Shown here piece by piece: positions 23,655 through 36,241 of a stretch of DNA of 64,000 nt; the first letter of the stretch is position 1, and every line of letters begins with the position of its first letter. Below the pieces are notes generated by a model. It was not told where the DNA came from and made no database searches. It saw nothing but the letters and a program-made list of their open reading frames with translations. The DNA is from Eutreptiella sp. 'Long Island Sound 2002'. Lineage: Eukaryota; Protista; Euglenida. The DNA is taken from NCBI GenBank assembly GCA_964036045.1, contig OZ038379.1, positions 30,318,001 to 30,382,000 of the forward strand. Reading direction: 5' to 3'. Both the position numbers and the translations under genes were made by a program.

Positions 23655-26588
23655 GTGTCGGAGTGCATCATGGGACAGGGGAACACGAAGTGGTACAAGC
23701 AGTGCGCATCGCGCATCAAATGGCGGATGGAGGGCAAGGCACACCTCAAGGAGCTCAACTGTGTGCTGCCTGTGGTATACGAGAGCACCGATGCCCCGGG
23801 GACATGTACTTGGCTCTTCACAACGTTTGCGTATGGCAAGTGTGGCAACTATGACCACATTTGCTGGGAGGACGGGCGGCAGGTCTTCAAGGGAGCAAAG
23901 ATCATCAGCTCCCTGTCTTTTGTGGGTGGTGCAGAGGTGCCCGTGCCGGCATTGCGACAAGCAGAGCACAAGGAGTTTGAGTATAAGCAGAAACAGGAAT
24001 TGGGGTTTTTGGGCGGCCGCACGTATGTGAAGATCGCCCTATTGACCTAGATTAAACCCAATATATTTAATATCTGGCCAAAAATAGAACACATTAATCT
24101 CAAGTATCAATTTTTTGGGGGGGGGTCAGGGGCTTTGCCGTGAAAATTATGACCCCTATGGGTTGCCTTATGTCATGGGCTTGGGTGTCATTTCCATCCG
24201 GGGGTTGGTGGGGGGTTCCTACCCATGTGGTTGTTTCAAAATGTTAAAATGGCTGTCGGCTTCAATTTTTGTTTTTTTAATTTTTGGATTAATATTTGAA
24301 AAGTGAAAAATTAAAGAGTCGCCAGCATTAATATTAATCTCACAAATATTAACTCAATTTCCCAAACATTAACCCTCCTAACAATGGCACAACGCAACAC
24401 GTAATGCATTCTGTGTGTGTTTCTGTATGTTGTCCATGGCCATTCTGGCCCATTGGGTCCCTATCCGGGCCCCCATACCTCATGGGACCCTGTAGTGGGG
24501 TCCCACATCTTCGCGGGTCCGGATGGGGGTCTAGTGGGGTTATTGGGGTGAGTTGGGTTAGTGGGTTCGGTGGTAGGGTTTGCGTTCGGGGGGTTAGACG
24601 CTTCGTTTGTCGGGGCGGGGGAAGTCCATGGCAAGAAGAAAACAAAGCGAGCGGTGGGGAAACAAGGGTGGAGGGCGGGGGGCTATGGGTGGGCATGAGT
24701 TTGGCCATGGTGCATGGGGCGGTATGGGGGGTCCCGTAGTTGCGTAATGGGAGGTCAAATTTTAAAAACCACCACTCCCACACTTGTGAAACTACCTCCC
24801 CCTCCCGTTCTAGTTGGGTTGCCCCCGGCATCGCCCCCCCCCCCCTCGGCCCGAGTGGTCATTGTATGCGCGCTTAAGGATGGCGTTGAGGCTCTCAACG
24901 ACATGCGCGCACACGTCACCCAACCCAACCCCAGGCGGCGTGCATTGGCCACGGCCTCGGTGACATCCTCCTCCAAAAAGAGGAGGTAGTTTGATTGACA
25001 CGCCTCCTAGCAACAATGTGCGCGGTAGGGGCGTGCCACCTTGGCCGCACGTACGTCCCCGCGGGGCGGCTTGTCTGTGTACAACTCCCGGAGGAGGTCA
25101 CGCATGGCCACGACGGCTTGTCATTCACCATCCTCTGGGACGTAGCCCAACAACGGACCAAGTTCCTCCCACGCGAGGAACAACGCATGGGCCTCCTCCC
25201 CGTCGGGTTCCCCCGTCGCACCCAACTTCACGACCGTGCGGGCCCGGTAGAGGACCGGTTGCACGGCGTCGGCGTTCTTCTTGGGGAGGTCCACGAATCG
25301 TGTCTCGATGAACGCCACTTGGAGCCGGCCTATGGCCATGTAACAATGGAGGATGCATAGGAAAACCACGCACCGGTCAACCACAATGGGGGCGGCGGAA
25401 CGGGAGGCCCGTTGCGGCCGCGTGTAGGCCGACCCCCGGCGGCTCATGTACTCTGACACGTGCCGGAAGCCGAGCTTGGGGACGTTCAAGTCCATGAGGA
25501 GGCCGATGAGGTCCGGGGCCGGGAAGAGGTTGTAGGCATATTGCTTCACCGCCTCCTTTTTCTTGTCGCGAATAAGGGAGGGGTAGCCAACCTCTGTGGC
25601 CTCGGACCATCGGGCCCGGGCCAAGGGAGATGAAGCCACCCACTTGACAAGGAGTTGGGAGACCAACGGGTCCCGTTAACTCTTGGCCCCACTCAAACGC
25701 ACGAGCGTCATGTTAAGCTCGGTAAGGGTGTCCTGAGAGAAACCCATAACAAGGGCTATACAAGGGAACATGGTGGTTTGGAGGGGGGGGGGGAATGCGG
25801 GCAACCGGAAGGGGGGTGTCCAAGACACCCACCAACACAACATTGGAAACTCTCTACTATACCGTTGTGCAACAATATACCAAGTAAGACCCCTTATGGG
25901 TCCTCGTATGTGCATGGAAGAATGGGTACAAAAGACCCAATCAAAAAAATTGAGGTTTAACCTGTTGATATTTGCGAGATTAATATATTAACGGCTTCAT
26001 ATATTGAAAATTGAAATTAACCATATAGACTTTAATCTAGGTCACCGGGGCGAGGATGAAGGGAACCATGAACCACCCTCTGCAATGCCAGGACCTCGCA
26101 GACGGAGCAAGCTGGAGCATGAGCGGAAGGCGGGCCAGGTGGGCCAGGTGGCTGCTGCGTCCCTGGACCGGCGCACGGTTGACGACGTCCGCGCCAAGGT
26201 GTCCTCTGCTGCAAGGGCAGCTGTCCACCGGGGCGTGGAGCCCAAGCCAAGGTCCCAAGAAGCCCAGATTGCGCATCTCGGCAAGGAGAAGGATACCCTC
26301 TAACAACCGGTGGACCACTTGCAGACCAGCGTGGATGTATTGCAACAAGCAATATTTCAGGCAAAGGCTGAGATAGCGGGCCTTCGGAGGGATGTGGTGC
26401 GGCTCTCTGAGGAAAACGCACGGCTGCGACCGGAACGTGACAATGCAGTGCAGGTGCGAGAGCGGGCTCTGGCAGACGCGACCCGGCTGTGGCAGCTGGT
26501 GGGCCGTCTTGGTGGTGAAAGTCCCACCAGGGGCAGCCAAGGCATGGGCAGCGGCAGTCCTAGCATGGGCAGCCCCCGCGAGACGTAG
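23655..26588 (+). pseudogene. Unknown gene (Cys/aromatic N-terminal part plus coiled-coil C-terminal part) split by the 2-kb TIR element
   Basis: ORF 23655-24050 stops exactly at the left TIR. Coding-like sequence resumes after the right TIR (RGEDEGNHE...; LQTSVDVLQQAIFQAKAEIAGLRRDVVRLSEENARL). Confidence 0.45.
24043..26044 (-). mobile_element. 2-kb non-autonomous TIR DNA transposon; internally deleted relative of the 32-39 kb element
   Basis: 14-bp perfect IR tgacctagattaaa / tttaatctaggtca. Decayed transposase with AATGLPFRRP, CILHCYMAIGR, PDGEE, YLLFLEED, VESLNAILKRAYNDHSGRGGG and VWEWWFL, all matching 36.2-38.6 kb. Confidence 0.88.
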
Positions 26589-27331
26589 AACGTAATCCCG
26601 TCACCAACGTCCAAGGGTCACGGAAAGAATTAGCAGTATAACTTGCATGAATTCTCCAGCCACTCCCCCCACCCCGGAGTGGGAACACGAAAACGGTGGT
26701 GCGCAGTGCAGCGGCGGTATACGTGTATGGATGTCATGATTCGTAGACAAGAGGTTTGCGGCAGTCACTGGTTTGGGTGACAGGAATTGCGTATATGCAT
26801 CATTACGTAGCCGTTGAGCACACGGTGCGCGGCAGCTAAGTGCGCGCACCAGTACGCCCATATATACACCCCTATGGATATTGTGCGTAACGTTGCCCGC
26901 CCTGCAGCAAGCTTGCTGCGACTAGCTTTCTTTGGCAGTATGTTTCCTTTTCGGGATGCTTTGGGCAAAAGTAGCGCATGGCCTCACATCAAAAAGTTAT
27001 CCGAGAAGTCAATCTGAGATAGGGTTCTTAATTAGAAACTTACCCGAGAAGTCAATCTCGGAATGGGTTCCTGATCAGAAAGGGGTACCTAAAATGGGGT
27101 TCCCGGTGGGGTTCTTGATCGGAAAATAGGTTCGTGAAACCAGGTTCCTGGGCACTTCGTGTTTAGACACCATGTGCCCGTCTTTTGTAGATTGAGCGCA
27201 TGGTGGCCTCCTTTGAGGCCGAGGGTGGCAAAATGCTGCGCAAGCCCTACTTTCAACTTGGGCCGGAGCCGCAACGTGAGCGGTTGGCATCGGCGAAGCG
27301 CGTGGTGCGGGCAGTCCTCTAGGATCCGGAG

Positions 27332-28345
27332 GTGTCTTTTCGGCATGATGCCAACGGTGTGGTTTCCCTGGGGGCTGGTAGTATTGACAATGCAGGGTTG
27401 GTGATGGTTGCAGCTGCAGACGTGAACGGATATGCTGTTGATGTGTTGCGATGTGCTCGCGCAATGCAGCTATCCATGAGACAGACGTTGCCGTTTCCTC
27501 CTAGGTGCACTCGTGATGAGTTTGAGGCAAGGCGTGCGATAACGTTGTACGATGCCGTGGTCGTGAGTGCGGGGACACGAGGGCAAGAAGTTTGTGGCGA
27601 CTGCAGTTTCTTTGACAGATCTTGTAGGTAAGCAAATGCGCCTTGCCCAAGAACAAGGGGTGTTTACCCCCCCAAGGGGCACGAACAAGATCCCCGTGTC
27701 GGTATGCACGGACGCCACGCCGTTGTGGCGGGCCGCTCCCACCCGCCGACATGTTATTGTTGGGGTTTGGCCTGGTGGCCTAGCTAGTGGGGAACCCAGA
27801 CAATTGGGTATCGTGGTTGGTCATGGATGGCAGTGATGACCGTGGTTGTCTATGTGCAATGGATGCCGAGGTAGGGCTCAACGCCCAAATTGAACATTTG
27901 CACTCGAATTGCAAGGTGCCCTTGGAGGACGGCACGGTTTTGGGGTATGAGGTGGGCATGACGGGCGACGGCAAGGGCATGCAAGTCAACCACCCCCCGG
28001 ACGGAAAGTGTTGGTTGTGCGACGACCATGACAACTTGGAAGCGGTAGAGGGGGTTAATGAACAAGTGAGGTGAGGAGCCTTCCTCCGGGCCATCCCGCC
28101 CCCCGTGGTGTGTTGGGGACTATGCCCATGCAACCGCCTGCTTTTGCACTACAACCCAAAAGAGTTTGCAACAAGATGTCTCGTTTTGGGTACAAGAAGG
28201 AGACGGCCGGGGAGTGATTGGCCGCCTAAAGGATGTGTGGGGGGACTTGATGCAAGCCTCACAAAACATCCCTCAAGCAGACCATGTGGCATTGCGTCCG
28301 ACAAAGTAGGACGCCTTTGACCTAACCCGCGCGGGTGTTTTTCTA
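27332..28345 (+). pseudogene. Degenerate DDE transposase of a second family (N-terminal two Asp motifs plus CxxC), 3'-truncated
   Basis: VSVCTDATPLW (D1), MTGDGKGM (D2), CWLCD, then GDYAHA; order resembles RAG1/Transib cores. Multiple frameshifts. Confidence 0.6.
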
Positions 28346-31300
28346 GATGACACACAATACCACCAAAGACCAATTGACCTACTCAAGGAATACTACCCCA
28401 ATCGTAAGGCCCCGAATGGGGCAATACAGGTGTGCACCGTACTGCACACTATGTTTCTCGCTACCATCACACGTTGTGGAGGAAAAAGGTCTACCTTTCA
28501 GATGTTGAGGTCGAGGAAGCCGAAAGGTGGGCCAAAATTTGGGGCAATGTTCTAAGTTGATGGGGTAGAAGGCAACGGTATGGGTGCATTGGACGGGGCG
28601 CCATAGTGGATGGTTTGTGCGTGGCATAAGTCATAGAAGCATTGGTTCTGCCTGTGCGCGCTGAGCTAGGTCCGATGTGTGGTGCTCGGAGAGGGGTTTG
28701 AGCGGGTCCTTGGGATTGAGCTTACTAGGGTTGATGTGGCGGCACGCTCGCCATTGGCAGTGGCCTGCCCCATCAAACGTGGACGCGGGACAAGCAATCA
28801 CCTCTTTTGAGGTTTGTCCCGTGGACGGGCGCACCCCGTAGTGGGCGATCATTGCAATGATATTAACATACTTGCCGCTCGGGCCCAGCATACCCTGGGG
28901 CGCCCTCCTTTGGGTTGCTGCGACCATTGGGGCAGCAGGCCGAATCCAGCTACGGCGATAGGTGCAACATCTCAGCCACAAGAGGATGCATCTCCACCCA
29001 TCTGTGTCATGCATGAACGAGTTTCTCGCGGGCCCCTGTGATGGTCCACCATAAGTTCGCAAACGCCCTTTGACAGGGTGCCATTTCCTCACCCATGACC
29101 AGGTGCACGGCTTCTCCGCCATAGCTCGTGCGGTAGTGGATTGCTACACCCTTTCCGTGAGGCATAGAACAGCGTTGCCATCACCACATAGGTTCCCCAG
29201 GTGCGTCCTCTAGGGTAGCTGCACGGAGGACAAACCCTTGCCCACCCCCCCCCCCCCCGCGCGGTCAAATAGCCACAGCTCGCAGAGTGTGTCTGCAGTC
29301 CTGCCACGCCCTAGCTCCGTGCCCCTAGACCGCAACGGAGATTTGCCAAGCTCGCCGCCGGGCGGTTGCTAGAGAGCTTAGCAGCCGGCGCTCTGCGCAG
29401 GGGCGCCGCATAGCCACGCCGCGCCGCACACATGACACCCGCTTGCTCCGGTCGCCACAACCACCGTCCAGACGCCCTCCCAAGGTAGCCGCGTCTCCGC
29501 CGTCACCGCCACGAACATCACCGCTGCCGATGGTAGGCTCTCACGCGCACATCGACAGACCGAACGTACGGGACCCAGGCGACGCATGTGGTCTCAGGGG
29601 ATGCCATAGTATGTCGCCCCAAAAGAATGCCACCGTAGTTGCTTGTCCGTCGGAACCTCAATGCCGTCTACATACACCTGATCTGCGCGTACGCATACAC
29701 ACATTCGTACGCCCTGGAAGACAACCGGACGCGCAATCCACTTGCCCTACGCCATAGGTGGGCATCAAATCCTCTAGCCGCATCCTTTACGTGGCGTTGT
29801 GCTCCGACGATTGGGGGGCATGTGGCCTCCGTCTTGGCAATACATCATTGATGTGTTGTAGGGGTACCCATGTCAAGAGCGACAGCCCCCCATCCGCTGC
29901 CGCCGGGCACCATAGGGCATGCTACTTCCTCGCATCCAGCATCCCCATATGATGGCAGATTTCGGCCACCAGCAGAGGCGCCCGCAGTGTTGGGAGGTAG
30001 CATGGCAGTGATGCCGGAAGTTCGCCCGGCGAAGGCAAGTGCGCCACCAGCTTGATGTCCCTGTTTAGGACCATCGCCGCCACACACCTTGGATTTCTTG
30101 CCCACCGAAGGTTGCCTTGCTTCGACACCGCAAGGAGGGTGCCAATGGCAGACATCCACGCACAAACGCCGCAATAGGTGTTCTTGCCGTGCGCCTCTCA
30201 CACCTTGCCGTTTTGCCCAAAGCAATTGCATACTCCGCCCTTGGCGCCGTTGGCTTCCGACCTCCCAACGCCATGCATAGCGTCCTGATCGCCTTGTCCC
30301 ACTTACAGGAACACTCAAGTGGTTGGCCCTCCAGGCTTGGAGGGCACAGTGGATCCACCGTGTAATGCGTGTCCGGGGCAGGCAGGTGGTGGGCCACCTA
30401 ATGTGGGCCGAGCAATGCCACCAAGCGATCGCGGTAGACAAAGTCCCCACCACTCACCTTAAGACACTCGGCCGGGAGAGGGGCGGCGGGAGGTTGTGTG
30501 TGTTGCCGGCGGCTACAAGCAACGGGTGCCGCCACCGACGCGCTGCAAAATCCGCTCGGTACACTCTGTTCAGGGCATCCCACATTTCTTGCGGCGGCGA
30601 AGAGGCATTGGTGCGCTCCCAAAGCCACAGGATCGCACACAAAATTTGCCTACCTTCGGTGGCGGGCCAGACGGAAGACTACAACGCAGGGAGCTCCCTC
30701 CACAGGACTATCCCGACTGGAATCCCCCAAGGTTGCGGCTTGGCCGAGTCCCATTGGAAGGAGGCCACAAGCACGTGGCTTGTTAAAGGTTCCACACGGA
30801 GTTGCAAGGCCATACGTCCATCCAAGTACACAGCTGTGCCGCGCGGGACAATGAAGACCTGGCCCCCTACGCCGCAGATTGACATCCTTCCCCAGTGAAT
30901 TGCGACGGTCTCCCAGCGAGGGTCGGGGTGTGGACACGGAGGCCACGTCACGGTGGGCAGGCAGAGGCCGCTTAATGCCGAAAGCCCCCACTTGTCGTGT
31001 ACCAACCGCTCACCCCCTGGGGGCCGTAGGGACATGTCCCACAACAGCGCAAGCTGGCGGTGGACTGCCTTACAGATGTCAACCCCATTGCGGCCCGTGA
31101 AATAGAGCCTGTCAAGAAGGCATGGCATCAGGGGGTTCGGGAGTCGGTCAACTCGCATTTGCATTACCGGGCCCAACATGTATCTCGGTTCCCCCTGCGG
31201 CACCCGGACGTCCGGGTCGACCACCGCTAGTGAGGCCGCCGCAGTACGAAGGTGGAGGGACAACGGCCATGGCTAGACAGCCACCGGCTCACGGGGCGTG

Positions 31301-31400
31301 TAAGGCCTCTCACATCATTCAACCAATTCAGTTCAGTGTATTGCTATGTACACAACGCAGGTAGCTAACATACAACATGGAACGGGCGACATCACCACTC
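28346..31400 (-). mobile_element. Decayed non-LTR retroelement 3' remnants with RNase H-like motifs
   Basis: AVYLDG...PWGIPVGIVLW (~30.75-30.82 kb), AWWHCSAHIR (~30.4 kb) and WSWVRKWH (~29.1 kb) resemble RNase H motifs; many stops. Confidence 0.4.
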
Positions 31401-31789
31401 ACCAATAATGAGCACCGACAAGCCTCAGGTCCCCTCAAATCACTGTGTTCTCTGAGGATGCACGGACGCAGTGCTGTGCGCCAATGACAGATATGCGGTC
31501 CAAAAGCCATTTGCCAGTCCGGCTATACTAAAGGTCACAATGGCATACCTGTGTGCAGTGTGGCATGTGCGCACACAGGGTATCCGTTGAACGCACCTAC
31601 ATTAGCATCTGCAACCTTGTGTGCTGCAGGACACACATACTGTGTATTTTGTGGAAGCAGGTAGTGCTGTGCACTGCCATCATACATGCAGGAACTGACA
31701 TGTCCTAAGTAAGGAGAACAAGGAAGCAGATGCAACCTCTTTATGTCTCACTCGTGGCCACTTGAGGCATAAAATCAAGTGATGGGTGT

Positions 31790-32244
31790 CGAAGCAGTTC
31801 GTTCGATGATAGGAGCCTTTGTGGGCAAAAGGTGCCTGATGACCCACCATCACGTGGCAAAATGCCACCAGGCACCCGCCCGGCGAAGCTACACTAACAT
31901 CACACATTCAGGACTTCACTAGTCCAGGGTAGTGAATAAGGGAAGCAGAGTGAAACCTCCCTGGATCTCTCTCAAGGCCACTGGTGGCTGAATCGCCAAT
32001 GCGGATTGGCAAACAAATCAATTGTATACAGCAGCTTCTGTGGGCGAAAGCTGCCTAGCAGCCCGCCGTCAAGAGGCAAAAGGCCACCAGGCACATTGAT
32101 GTTGATCTAGGAGCGGACTCAGGCATTCGGGGCACACCGTTGCCCCCAGACGATCAAGACTTCCTTTCTGTAGCTGAGGAACCAGTGGGGGATTGGCCTA
32201 TAGCCAGAAGCTTGTTCCCGTAGCAGCAGCCTCGATGGGCGGGT
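31790..32244 (-). mobile_element. Short LINE copy with 5' inversion (twin-priming structure), same family as 12051-13620
   Basis: 32093-32244 (+) matches 13214-13362. 32094 leftwards (-) matches 13364-13620, including both hairpin motifs. Confidence 0.85.
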
Positions 32245-32689
32245 AAAAGTCTGTATCAAAGTCTATCTAAACTTGCGTCCTATGTGAATGAGAGCAGGCC
32301 CTTGGTGCGCGTTTGAAACCCAATGTTGTTCCGGCCAAATTGTTCCAATGTTCTAGGCTATCTGGCCGGAACAAAAAAAGTTCAATATTTATTTTCCCCC
32401 CAACCAAGCCTACCCGTACATGGTGGCAAAATATGTTGTTTGCTAGCCTTGGGGGTCCCCGTTGGTATGCTCATATTTGTTGCCCGGCGCGTTGCCACGT
32501 GAAAAAAACTTGTTTTCAAAAACAGTTTTTGTTAGAACACCATTGGAACACCGCTAGAACAAGTTATTGGAACGTCGCCGGAACAAGCACTCTACAACAA
32601 GAGCAAAGCACAAGGAAAGGTAAAATGGTAACATACATTGTTGTGTAGGGTGCCCCCGGGGGCCCATCGGGTTAGTCTCTTGTTCTCAC

Positions 32690-35604
32690 CTAAAAGTCCT
32701 GCGTGGTCGGGGGCCCGGCGGGCGCCCCCGAACTCTTGTCACCCGCCCCACTATCCCCCCCATCCCCCTCACCGACCACCACCCCTTCACCCACCACCCC
32801 TTCACCCTCCACCCCTTCATTCACCACCCCTTCACCCTCCCACCCTTCACCCTCCACGCCTTCTCCCACCACCCCTTCACCCTCCACCCCTTCGACCTCC
32901 ATCCTTTCCCCCTCCACCCCTTCGACCTCTTCCCCGACGCCCCCATCCCGGTTAGCCCCGGTAGCACCCAAACCTGCCCCCGGTCCATCCCCTTCGTCTC
33001 CCCCGTCCCCGTCACCGTCGTTGCTCTCGTCCCCCTCCTCGTCCGCGTCCGCGTCGTCCTCCTTGTCCTCCTCCTCGGCCGCCATCATCTTGGCGAGGAA
33101 CTTCTTCGCCTGCGTCTTGGTTTTCCAAACCGACGCTCTCGGGATGGTGAAGAGTTCGGGGTCTCTGGGGAAGGCTATCCACGTCTCCCCAACCCCGGGG
33201 GGGCCACCCGCGGCAAGGGCCTCTTTGCCCTGCTCGATCCCCCACTGCCCATTGTCCCGTAAAACTACATACACTTGCTCCCCCGCTTTGTATTTGCACC
33301 CCCCCCCCCCCTCTTGCCTTTGGCTTGGCCTTGGGTTGGGGTTGGGGGGGCTGGGCCTTGCGTTGAGGGGGCGCGGCTCTCTTGGGAGCCCTGCGAGGGG
33401 GTTTGGTGGGCTCCTTGGCCGGGGGGCGGGGCTGGGGCTCCTCGAACGCCGAGGAGTCGGTGGTGGACCCCGAGGAGGAGTCCGTTGAGGAGTCGCTGGA
33501 CGACTCCTCGCTGGAGGACTCCCCCGGGAGCCTCTTCCTTTTTTGGGGGGCTGGTTTGGGGGCGCTCTTGGCTTCCCGCTAGGGGGGGCGTTTGGGTTTG
33601 GGTTTGGGTTTGGGTGCTGGGTGGGGGGCTGGGTGGGGGTTCGGGGGTTGGGGTTGCACGGGCGGTGCACACGTGGGCGGGGCGGGGGCCTCTGCGGCCA
33701 CTTGTTGGCAGTGCGGCGGCGCTGGGGACATGTCGCCAATGCTGCCCCACCCTTCGATGCGCGTCGCGAGAACGCTGCCGCGGGCTGCCACGTAGTCCAT
33801 CATGGCCGTGCGGAACTCAAGCACGGCGACGGGCTGCAAGTGCAACTGCTGAAGCAACATACCCAAATAGATGGGCCGGGGATTGCTTCCTGGCCAACGA
33901 AGGATCACCCGAACGGCGCGCGGGTCCGAAGGGTTGACCTGGATGTCCTCCGCCTACATGGAGGATAGCCAGGATGAGTGTTCCAGCGACGTTCCAATAA
34001 GCTGTTCCGGCGACGTTCAAAAGACTTTTCAAACGTTTTTTGGTGACAGATTGGAACGTCGCCAGAACAAACTGTTTGGAATGTCGCCGGAACAATGCAC
34101 CGGCACGCCAACCATGTGCGTTTTTGGGCCCTATTGGCCATGTGGACATGCTTGCGGGGGGGGCATACCCGCACGCGCGTGTCCACGTTCTCCTTGATCG
34201 CCGCCAACGCTTGCCGCAATTGCGAGGTCGGCGTGCGCTCACGTTCCGCTAGCACTGCCCGAATGGCAGATTGTTGGTGCCGCTGCGCGTCGTCCTCGCA
34301 CTTGACGCGTAGGGCGCCAGGCCGCGACAGCGTTTGGCCAACGACGAAGCCATGGTATTTGCCTTCGTCCTCGACCACATAGATGCTGTCGCGGAGGATT
34401 CGGGTCCCATTGGCCCGAAAGAGGACGGTGTTCTTGCGGGGAGTCGCCCTCACCTCGCCAAGGCCGTGGTCGGCCCAACGCTGAAAAATGAGGTGCCAAT
34501 GGCAAGTCCCCGCACTGACAGAGCCCGCGGTTAGAAATTGACCCCCCTGCGCCTTGCTGGGGAGCCAGTCGTTGGGGAGGGGTGCTGTGCGCCCTGTCCC
34601 CGGCCCGGTCACCCAGGACACCGGGACCCCCCCTGGCGCGGACCCCTCCTCCCGGCGCCAGCGGCAATCACGCTGCTCCTTGCAGTGCAGTTGCTTGTGC
34701 AGGAAGCGCTGCAGCGGCCAACGGAGCGTGTAAATGGTGGGGTGGGGGGCTCGTAGGACACAGGCGTCCAGGGGGGGGGGGGGTTGGGGGCTACCATCTC
34801 CCTTGTCCAGGGAAAATTGGCAGCTTTTGCTGCCAGGGATGAGCCAAGTCGGTTGCGCATCCAATCCGTAATGCGCAAGACGCCGCCGGCGTCCCCCCCC
34901 CCCCCATCCCCATCCCCCTCCCCCTCCCCATCCCCCCCCCCCTCTTCTTCCTCTCTCTTAACCCCCGGGTTAGCCCTCCGCTCTTCATCCTTCTCATCCA
35001 CCACCACCTCACCCAGCTCCACAATGTCATCGTCGTTGACATCCCCTTCCTGTTTCACCTGCACCTCCCCACCCATGCCCTGCAACTCCCTTTCAAGCAC
35101 CTCCACCGCCTTCTGCGCCTCCCTTACCCGCCGGTTCCCCTACAGAACCCTCTCGCCCGCGTGCCCCCCCCCCCGGTGATGTCCCCACGCTGCCGGCACT
35201 CCGCCAATTTCGCAGACCATTTTTTCACCCGGCGGCGGAGGCTTTCAACATTGCCCCTTGCCTCTTGCAGCTCCCCCAGAACCACGGCGTGCTCCCGAAC
35301 CCCCCCCCCCCCCGTTACTCATTGAGCTCCCAGTCGAGGGCTCGGGCAACTGGGGGCGATGCGCTTGGAGAGGCGCGACTGGCGCGGCCCCTTGTGGGGC
35401 AGGCCGTGGCGCCTCCGATGGCCGGTGAGCGGGGGTTGCCCACGGAGGATGTTTGGGAGCGCCCTGAGGTGGGGGAGGGGCTGGCGAAGCCAGCGCAGAG
35501 CTGCTGCGTGGCTCGGAGCGCGTGGCCCCCTGTGCCCCCAGTGGGGCTGGCGGGGGTGCTGCAGCCAATGCTGCCCCCAGGGCCTCGGTCTCGGTCATCC
35601 CGTC
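32690..35604 (-). CDS. Transposon accessory gene (Pro-rich and acidic low-complexity regions, unknown globular region, C-terminal SH3/Tudor-like domain); frameshifts mostly at homopolymers
   Basis: Acceptor ctgcag at 35605. In-frame GT-AG intron 34168-33954 joins DTRVR|AEDIQ. Domain YKAGEQVYVVLRDNGQW...WIAFPRDPELFTIPRASVWKT. 5' exon not resolved. Confidence 0.6.
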
Positions 35605-35650
35605 CTGCAGACAAGGATGCCGGAGAGAGGCCAACCCTACCCAGACACCT

Positions 35651-35764
35651 TGTTCCGGCGACGTTCCAACAACCTGTTCCGGCGACTTTCTGGCGACGTT
35701 CCAGTGGCCGCTGGAACGTCGCCAGAACGTCGCCGGAACAGGTTGTTGGAACGTCGCCGGAACA
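35651..35764. repeat. 54-bp-arm inverted repeat (1 mismatch, 6-nt spacer) built from the GAACGTCGCCGGAAC module
   Basis: Arms compared by hand. Confidence 0.95.
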
Positions 35765-35844
35765 GTGGAAAATAGGCACAGTTCCGCGCGCGCACAGGGC
35801 GCACTGCGTGCACTACGGCCCCGTGGGGGGGGGGGCATCCACTA

Positions 35845-36240
35845 CAAAGAATCCTAGCCCCTTTATGGGCATGGGGCACTGGGGGTTCTTGGGTTTTCCC
35901 CTTCCCCTGGACAACAAAGATTCCTAGCCCCTTTATGGGCATGGGGCACAAATAATCACTGGGGGTTCTTGGGTTTTCCCCTTCCCATGGACAACAAAGA
36001 TTCCTAGCCCCTTTATGGGCATGGGGCACAAATAATCACTGGGGGTTCTTGGGTTTTCCCCTTCCCCTGGACAACAAAGATTCCTAGCCCCTTTATGGGC
36101 ATGGGGCACAAATAATCACCGGGGGTTCTTGGGTTTTCCCCTTCCCCTGGACAACAAAGATTCCTAGCCCCTTTATGGGCATGGGGCACGAATAATCACT
36201 GGGGGTTCTTGGGTTTTCCCCTTCCCCTCAACAACAAATC
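35845..36240. repeat. 80-bp tandem repeat (~5 units) between the two transposon genes
   Basis: caaagattcctagcccctttatgggcatggggcac recurs at ~35845, 35915, 35995, 36075 and 36155. Confidence 0.95.
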
Positions 36241-36241
36241 A

